A stretch of DNA of 64,000 nucleotides from Burkholderiales bacterium RIFCSPLOWO2_12_FULL_65_40. GTDB taxonomy: Bacteria; Pseudomonadota; Gammaproteobacteria; Burkholderiales; Burkholderiaceae_C. The first letter of the stretch is position 1, and the number at the start of each line of letters is the position of its first letter. A program made the position numbers and the translations under genes. A model generated the notes under the pieces. The model saw only the letters and a list, made by a program, of their open reading frames with translations, was not told the origin of the DNA and made no database searches. Below are positions 59,324-64,000 of the stretch, piece after piece. The stretch lies in contig MESL01000006.1 of the NCBI GenBank assembly GCA_001770955.1, positions 31,726 to 95,725 of the forward strand, in the 5' to 3' direction.

Positions 59324-59505
59324 CAACCTGGCGCCCCTCGGCATCCGCGGCACTAGACTATTCATAGCGCGAATGTCCTTCTGAACGATGCGCAAGGGAC
59401 CACGGGTGCCCCCTAGAATGCGCACGATCGATATGCCCAGTCAACCCGACACCCGATCTACCCTGAATCCCCGGCGCAGACCTGATCGCGCCCACTGGAA
59501 ACCAC

Positions 59506-60369
59506 ATGGAAGCCAACACCCAACTCAATGAACGCCACCTGGCCGACGCCTGGGAAGAGCTGCACACCCACGCCAACAAAGGCAACCTGCTGCTGGCCGA
59601 CTCCAACCGCATGGCGTTTGCCGACCCGGAATTTCTCTTCCGGCGCGAGACACGGGGCATCCGCTTTCAGCTCGAGATGCTCAAACCCGATCTCGGCCAA
59701 ACCCACCAGGGCATCGAGAACACCATCGTCGTTTATGGCAGTGCACGCTTTGTCGAACCCGAACTCGCTGCACAGCAGCTGGCCGACGCACAGGCCCACG
59801 GGGACGCTTCACGCATCGCACTGGCCGAACGCGCCGTGCGCAATGCACGCTACTACGATCTGGCACGCCAGTTCACACGACTGGTTGCCGAGCACAGCAA
59901 GCAGCAAGATCCCGTCAATCGCCTCTACGTATGCACTGGTGGCGGCCCTGGCATCATGGAAGCAGCCAACCGGGGCGCCCATGATGCCGGCGCCCCCAAC
60001 GTGGGCCTGAACATTGCCCTGCCGCATGAGCAGGGAGGCAACCGCTTCATCACTCCCTCGCTAAGCTACAAGTTCCACTACTTTGCGCTGCGCAAGATGC
60101 ATTTCATGATGCGCGCCAAGGCGCTGGTGGCCTTTCCCGGCGGCTTCGGCACCCTCGACGAACTGTTCGAAGTACTCACACTGGTACAGACGGGCAAGAC
60201 CAAGCCGGTCCCGATCGTCCTGTTTGGCACGCGCTTCTGGAAGCGCCTGATCGATTTCGACTTTCTGGTCGAAGAAGGCACCATTTCGTCCGATGACCTC
60301 CACCTGTTTCACTACACCGATGAACCACAAGAGGCCTGGGGGCTGATCAAGTCGTTTTATCAGCTCTGA
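59506..60369 (+). CDS. LOG-family / TIGR00730 Rossmann-fold nucleotide-binding protein
   Basis: The LOG-family signatures GGGPGIMEAANRGA and AFPGGFGTLDELFEVLTLVQTGK are present. Confidence 0.8.
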   Translation: MEANTQLNERHLADAWEELHTHANKGNLLLADSNRMAFADPEFLFRRETRGIRFQLEMLKPDLGQTHQGIENTIVVYGSARFVEPELAAQQLADAQAHGDASRIALAERAVRNARYYDLARQFTRLVAEHSKQQDPVNRLYVCTGGGPGIMEAANRGAHDAGAPNVGLNIALPHEQGGNRFITPSLSYKFHYFALRKMHFMMRAKALVAFPGGFGTLDELFEVLTLVQTGKTKPVPIVLFGTRFWKRLIDFDFLVEEGTISSDDLHLFHYTDEPQEAWGLIKSFYQL

Positions 60370-60457
60370 GCAAACGGGCCATCGACGGGAAATTGACAGC
60401 TCAAAGCGCCCGGCCATCGGGCGCAAAAATGATACTTCCCGCTCGAAGACAGCGCCC

Positions 60458-61438
60458 TTACTCTGACCGAGGCCGGTTCACTGGCGTCAGCGGTCCGCAC
60501 CCATCGAAGAAGGCAATCAGGTTGTCCGCTGCCAGATGGGCCATTGCCAAGCGCGTGCCCACGGTGGCACTGGCGATGTGCGGCGTGAGCACCACATTGG
60601 GCAATTCCAGCAAGCCCGGATGCACCTGCGGCTCACCCTCGAACACATCCAGCCCAGCTGCCGCGATGCGGCGCTCGCGCAGGGCGAGGGCCAGCGCGGT
60701 GTCGTCCACGATGCCGCCCCGTGCGATGTTGATCAGCGTGGCCGTGGGCTTCATCAGGGCCAGTTCCGGCGCGCCAATGGTGTGGTGCGACTCCGCCGTG
60801 TAGGGCAGCACCAGAACCACGTGGTCTGCCGTGCGCAGCAACTCCTCCTTGGTTACGTAACGGGCTTTGCATTCGACCTCCAGCTGGGGCGCCAGGCGGG
60901 AGCGGTTGTGATAGACCACCTCCATGCCAAAGCCATGGGCGCCACGGCGGGCAATGCCCTGCCCGATGCGGCCCATGCCGATGATGCCCAGGCGGCTGCC
61001 GTGCACCTCGGCGCCTGCAAACATGTCGTAGCGCCACTGGGTCCAAAGGCCTGCGCGCAGGAAATGCTCGCTTTCCGTGATTCGGCGGGCTGTTGCCATG
61101 AGCAACGCAAAACCGAAGTCGGCCGTGGTTTCGGTCAGCACATCGGGGGTGTTGGTGCCCTGCACACCAGCCGCAGTCATCGCGTCCAGGTCGAAATTGT
61201 TGTAACCCACCGCCATGTTGGCCACGATACGCAGTTGCGGGCAGGCCGCCAGCAGCGGCGCATCAATACGCTGCCCGCCGGTGGTCAACGCTCCGGCCTT
61301 GTCCTTCAGGCGCTGAACCAGCTCATCGCCGGCCCAATCCCGGTCTTCGGTATTGGATTCGACCGTGAAATGCTGCGCCAGCTTGTCCAGGACCTCCGGG
61401 AAAACGGCCCGTGCAACAAGGATGGAGGGTTTTTGCAT
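60458..61438 (-). CDS. D-isomer-specific 2-hydroxyacid dehydrogenase (glyoxylate/hydroxypyruvate reductase-like)
   Basis: The protein has the NAD fold GIIGMGRIGQGIARR and the catalytic region INIARGGIVDD...LTPHIASAT. It is 326 aa. Confidence 0.85.
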   Translation of the reverse strand: MQKPSILVARAVFPEVLDKLAQHFTVESNTEDRDWAGDELVQRLKDKAGALTTGGQRIDAPLLAACPQLRIVANMAVGYNNFDLDAMTAAGVQGTNTPDVLTETTADFGFALLMATARRITESEHFLRAGLWTQWRYDMFAGAEVHGSRLGIIGMGRIGQGIARRGAHGFGMEVVYHNRSRLAPQLEVECKARYVTKEELLRTADHVVLVLPYTAESHHTIGAPELALMKPTATLINIARGGIVDDTALALALRERRIAAAGLDVFEGEPQVHPGLLELPNVVLTPHIASATVGTRLAMAHLAADNLIAFFDGCGPLTPVNRPRSE

Positions 61439-61454
61439 GACAGGGCGCCCACAA

Positions 61455-62864
61455 TCAGCGGAACCAGATGAAGGTGATCAGCACAAAGAGCGGCACCAGG
61501 ATACCGAACGACCACAGCATGTAGCCAAAAAAGCTGGGCATCTTCACTCCCCGGTCTTCGGCAATGGCCTTGACCATAAGGTTGGGCGCATTGCCGATAT
61601 AGGTATTGGCGCCCATGAACACGGCCCCCGCCGAGATAGCGGCCAAGGTGGGGGCCATGGTGGTCATCAGCGTGGCGGGGTCACCTCCCGCCGTATTGAA
61701 GAACACCAGGTAGGTCGGGGCGTTGTCAAGGAAGGAGGAAAGAATGCCGGTGGCCCAGAAATACATGGCCGGATCGGGTGAGCCGTCGGGCCGGGTCACG
61801 GCGCTGACAATGGCACCAAAGGGGCCGTTGACGCCCGCCTTGAGCATGGCGATGACGGGGATGATGGTCAGGAAGATGCCTGCAAACAGCTTGGCCACCT
61901 CTTGCATGGGCGCCCAGCCGAACTGGTTGCTGTCGTGCACAGCCTTGGGTGTGAGCCACAGGGAAACGCCAGTCACGATGATCAGCCCCACATCGCGAAT
62001 GATGCCCGGCAAGCCCACATCGGTGCCGGCGATGTTGAAAACCACCGATGATTTCCAGAAACCGCTCAGCAATACCAGGGCCACCACCACGCCCAGCAGG
62101 GCGAAGTTGAACTTCCCATCAAAACCGATGGCCCGCGTGTCCGGGGTCGGGTCACGCGGCAGCACCTCCTCGCGGTGGCGGTAGAACCACGAATCCAGTA
62201 CATAAAACAAAGCCAGCAGAACGCCCAGCAGGAACAATGTCTCCGGAAAGATATGCCTCACGGTCCAGAAGAAATCGACCCCTTTGAGAAAGCCGAGAAA
62301 CAGGGGCGGATCCCCCAGAGGCGTCAATGAACCGCCCGCATTCGAAACGATGAAAATGAAGAAGATCACCACATGCGCCTTGTGGATCCGGTTGTCATTG
62401 GCCCGGATCAGCGGGCGGATCAGCAGCATCGACGCTCCGGTGGTCCCCATGAAACTCGCCAGCACGGCACCAATCGCCAAAATGGTGGTGTTCAGCGCCG
62501 GACTGCCATGGAGATTGCCCCGGATGTAAATGCCGCCCGCCACGGTGAACAGGGCCGTCAGCAAGATCACGAAGGGCAGGTATTCCGCCAGCAAGGCATG
62601 CACCAGGCTCACTACCGCCATGCCCGGGCCGAACGCAACGGCAAAAGGTGCGAGAAAGAGCAAGCCCCAGGCCGCAGCCACCTTGCCGAAGTGGTGGTGC
62701 CAGAAAATGGGGGCCAGCAATGGCATGACGGCAATCGACAGCAAGATGCCGGCGAAGGGGATGCCCCACCACAACGGCAAGGCACTGCCATCAATATCTG
62801 CGGCCATGGCGAGCCCGGGCAGCGACCCGAGCAGCGCCATAGTCAGCCAGCGAAATGGTTTCAT
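61455..62864 (-). CDS. NhaD/ArsB-superfamily ion transporter (putative sodium:proton antiporter)
   Basis: The 469-aa multi-TM protein has a signal-like N-terminus and conserved blocks GTTGASMLLIRPLIRAN and SNAGGSLTPLGDPPLFLGF. Confidence 0.7.
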   Translation of the reverse strand: MKPFRWLTMALLGSLPGLAMAADIDGSALPLWWGIPFAGILLSIAVMPLLAPIFWHHHFGKVAAAWGLLFLAPFAVAFGPGMAVVSLVHALLAEYLPFVILLTALFTVAGGIYIRGNLHGSPALNTTILAIGAVLASFMGTTGASMLLIRPLIRANDNRIHKAHVVIFFIFIVSNAGGSLTPLGDPPLFLGFLKGVDFFWTVRHIFPETLFLLGVLLALFYVLDSWFYRHREEVLPRDPTPDTRAIGFDGKFNFALLGVVVALVLLSGFWKSSVVFNIAGTDVGLPGIIRDVGLIIVTGVSLWLTPKAVHDSNQFGWAPMQEVAKLFAGIFLTIIPVIAMLKAGVNGPFGAIVSAVTRPDGSPDPAMYFWATGILSSFLDNAPTYLVFFNTAGGDPATLMTTMAPTLAAISAGAVFMGANTYIGNAPNLMVKAIAEDRGVKMPSFFGYMLWSFGILVPLFVLITFIWFR

Positions 62865-63271
62865 GGGTTTGTCTCCCTATCATTGTTTTGGAACTTCAGG
62901 CCATGCGTTCATGGCAACCCACACCAGCCGCGCCAAGATGCGCCGAGCTGAAATCCACCCGACGATCCCAAAGCGAGTTCAGGCGCGGCCAGGAAGCCCC
63001 AACTTCCTGTGGCCCACCGAACGCAGTTCTAAAGTGTAGGCGAGGTTGTCACGCTTGAACGCCATGCCACCCTGGGCACAGAAGACCGAAACCCTGCTGT
63101 CAGCAAACCCGTTTAGGAAGTTGCCGGATCCGTGACGCCCAGGCGGACGCCACGGGTTTTGTCACAGTGGCCCGTTCTTGCGGAAGGCCAGCGCATGAGG
63201 CCCGATTCAGCGGCATCTTCTGCCGTGCGGCGGGCCACACGGTCTGCGCCGCCTGTCTATCGGCGGTTGCC

Positions 63272-63730
63272 TTACGGGTGGACCAGCAAGGCTTCCAGCA
63301 CCGTGCGCAAAGATGCCGGGACGGACACCGGGCGGCGCGTGGCCCGGTCGACGTAGACGTGCACAAAATGCCCTGCCGCCGCAGAAAGCGCCTCTCCGGC
63401 AGCGAACAGCCCCACTTCGTAACGCACGCTCGACGACCCGATGCGCGCCACACGGATGCCGGCTTCCACCGTTTGCGGAAAAGCCAGCGGGGCAAAATAA
63501 TTGCACTGTGTTTCGATCACCAGGCCGATGGTGTCCCCTGCGTGGATATCCAGCGCCCCCTGCTCTATCAGATGGGCATTCACGGCCGTATCGAACCAGC
63601 TGTAGTAAACAACGTTGTTCACATGCCCATAAACATCGTTGTCCATCCAGCGTGTGCTGATGGAACGATAGGCACGATAGGCACTGCGTGACTGGGGAGC
63701 AGGACGTGAGGAGGTGACGGCAGTATGCAT
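63272..63730 (-). CDS. Acyl-CoA thioesterase, hotdog fold (4HBT/YbgC-like)
   Basis: I trimmed to the ATG at 63728-63730. [23 protein letters not shown] is the 4HBT active-site region. Confidence 0.75.
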   Translation of the reverse strand: MHTAVTSSRPAPQSRSAYRAYRSISTRWMDNDVYGHVNNVVYYSWFDTAVNAHLIEQGALDIHAGDTIGLVIETQCNYFAPLAFPQTVEAGIRVARIGSSSVRYEVGLFAAGEALSAAAGHFVHVYVDRATRRPVSVPASLRTVLEALLVHP

Positions 63731-64000
63731 GGCTGAACATTTTGCCTGCGCCTGCCCACCATCCACAGCCTCTCCAGTCACCTTTGTTAACTGCACCCAT
63801 CAACACCCAGAGGGAGGCAACAATTTGTAAAGAACCCTCTCGAAATGCTGCATTGCAACAAAAAACCTTGCATTTCGAAATCAACCCCGTAGAATCGGCC
63901 ACATGCTGCACTGCAACATGACTTTCGAAGACATGGTCAGCGCAGATGTCTGTACCCCTGATGCATTCAGGTACCCACTTTTTTAGGAGATATGACATGT

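Noticed and set aside
60406-60424. The hairpin gcgcccg-gccat-cgggcgc between the convergent LOG and dehydrogenase genes could be a bidirectional terminator.
   Set aside because: The stem is short (7 bp). The flanking run is A5 on the plus strand, and on the minus strand only TTTGAG follows the hairpin. That is too weak to call as a feature without transcript data.
63992-64000. A possible gene start (AGGAGA followed by ATG) lies at the extreme right edge of the window.
   Set aside because: Only 3-9 nt of coding sequence fall inside the window, so nothing can be supported.

Overview
High-GC (by eye about two-thirds G+C) proteobacterial chromosome segment. Gene content and the AT-rich intergenic repeats look betaproteobacterial, Comamonadaceae/Acidovorax-like, but that taxon call is an inference and was not checked against any database. 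Most of the window is ordinary core genome. In order it holds a TonB-receptor tail, a LysR/MFS/CMD cluster, a VOC protein and cytosine deaminase, a HlyD-RbbA-YhhJ-type ABC efflux operon, and a membrane GGDEF cyclase. A YebC gene then leads into a J-domain operon of uncharacterised proteins. Next come a SpmA/B-like membrane protein, sbcB followed by a Ser/Thr kinase fused to a cNMP-binding domain, and a second GGDEF cyclase. Housekeeping genes follow: clpS-clpA, dnaE, bamD, a DinG-family helicase, a PP2C phosphatase, zapE, and sucA-sucB-lpdA. The right half holds an AI-2E transporter, a sigma-54 activator with an aldehyde dehydrogenase/DUF779 target operon, def, ybaN, two tandem tRNA-Asn genes and a six-gene Mrp/Pha cation:proton antiporter operon. 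It ends with one IS110-family insertion sequence, a fused hydantoinase/oxoprolinase, crcB, a LOG-family protein, a 2-hydroxyacid dehydrogenase, an NhaD/ArsB-type antiporter and a hotdog thioesterase. Four things deserve a second look. (1) The IS110-family element has two nested inverted-repeat pairs, sits in a split perfect palindrome, and has long non-coding ends that could encode a bridge (guide) RNA. (2) The tightly coupled operon yebC, J-domain protein, three unrecognisable soluble proteins and a membrane protein (possibly continuing into a GGDEF cyclase) is a candidate undescribed DnaK-recruiting module. (3) A dispersed family of at least nine AT-rich, hairpin-containing intergenic repeats occupies the gene gaps. 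(4) The Hanks kinase/cNMP-binding fusion is translationally adjacent to sbcB. No CRISPR array, prophage or recognisable defence island was seen. All start codons were checked by hand against the sequence. The ORF track writes TTG and GTG starts as M, and I trimmed several track ORFs to internal starts.
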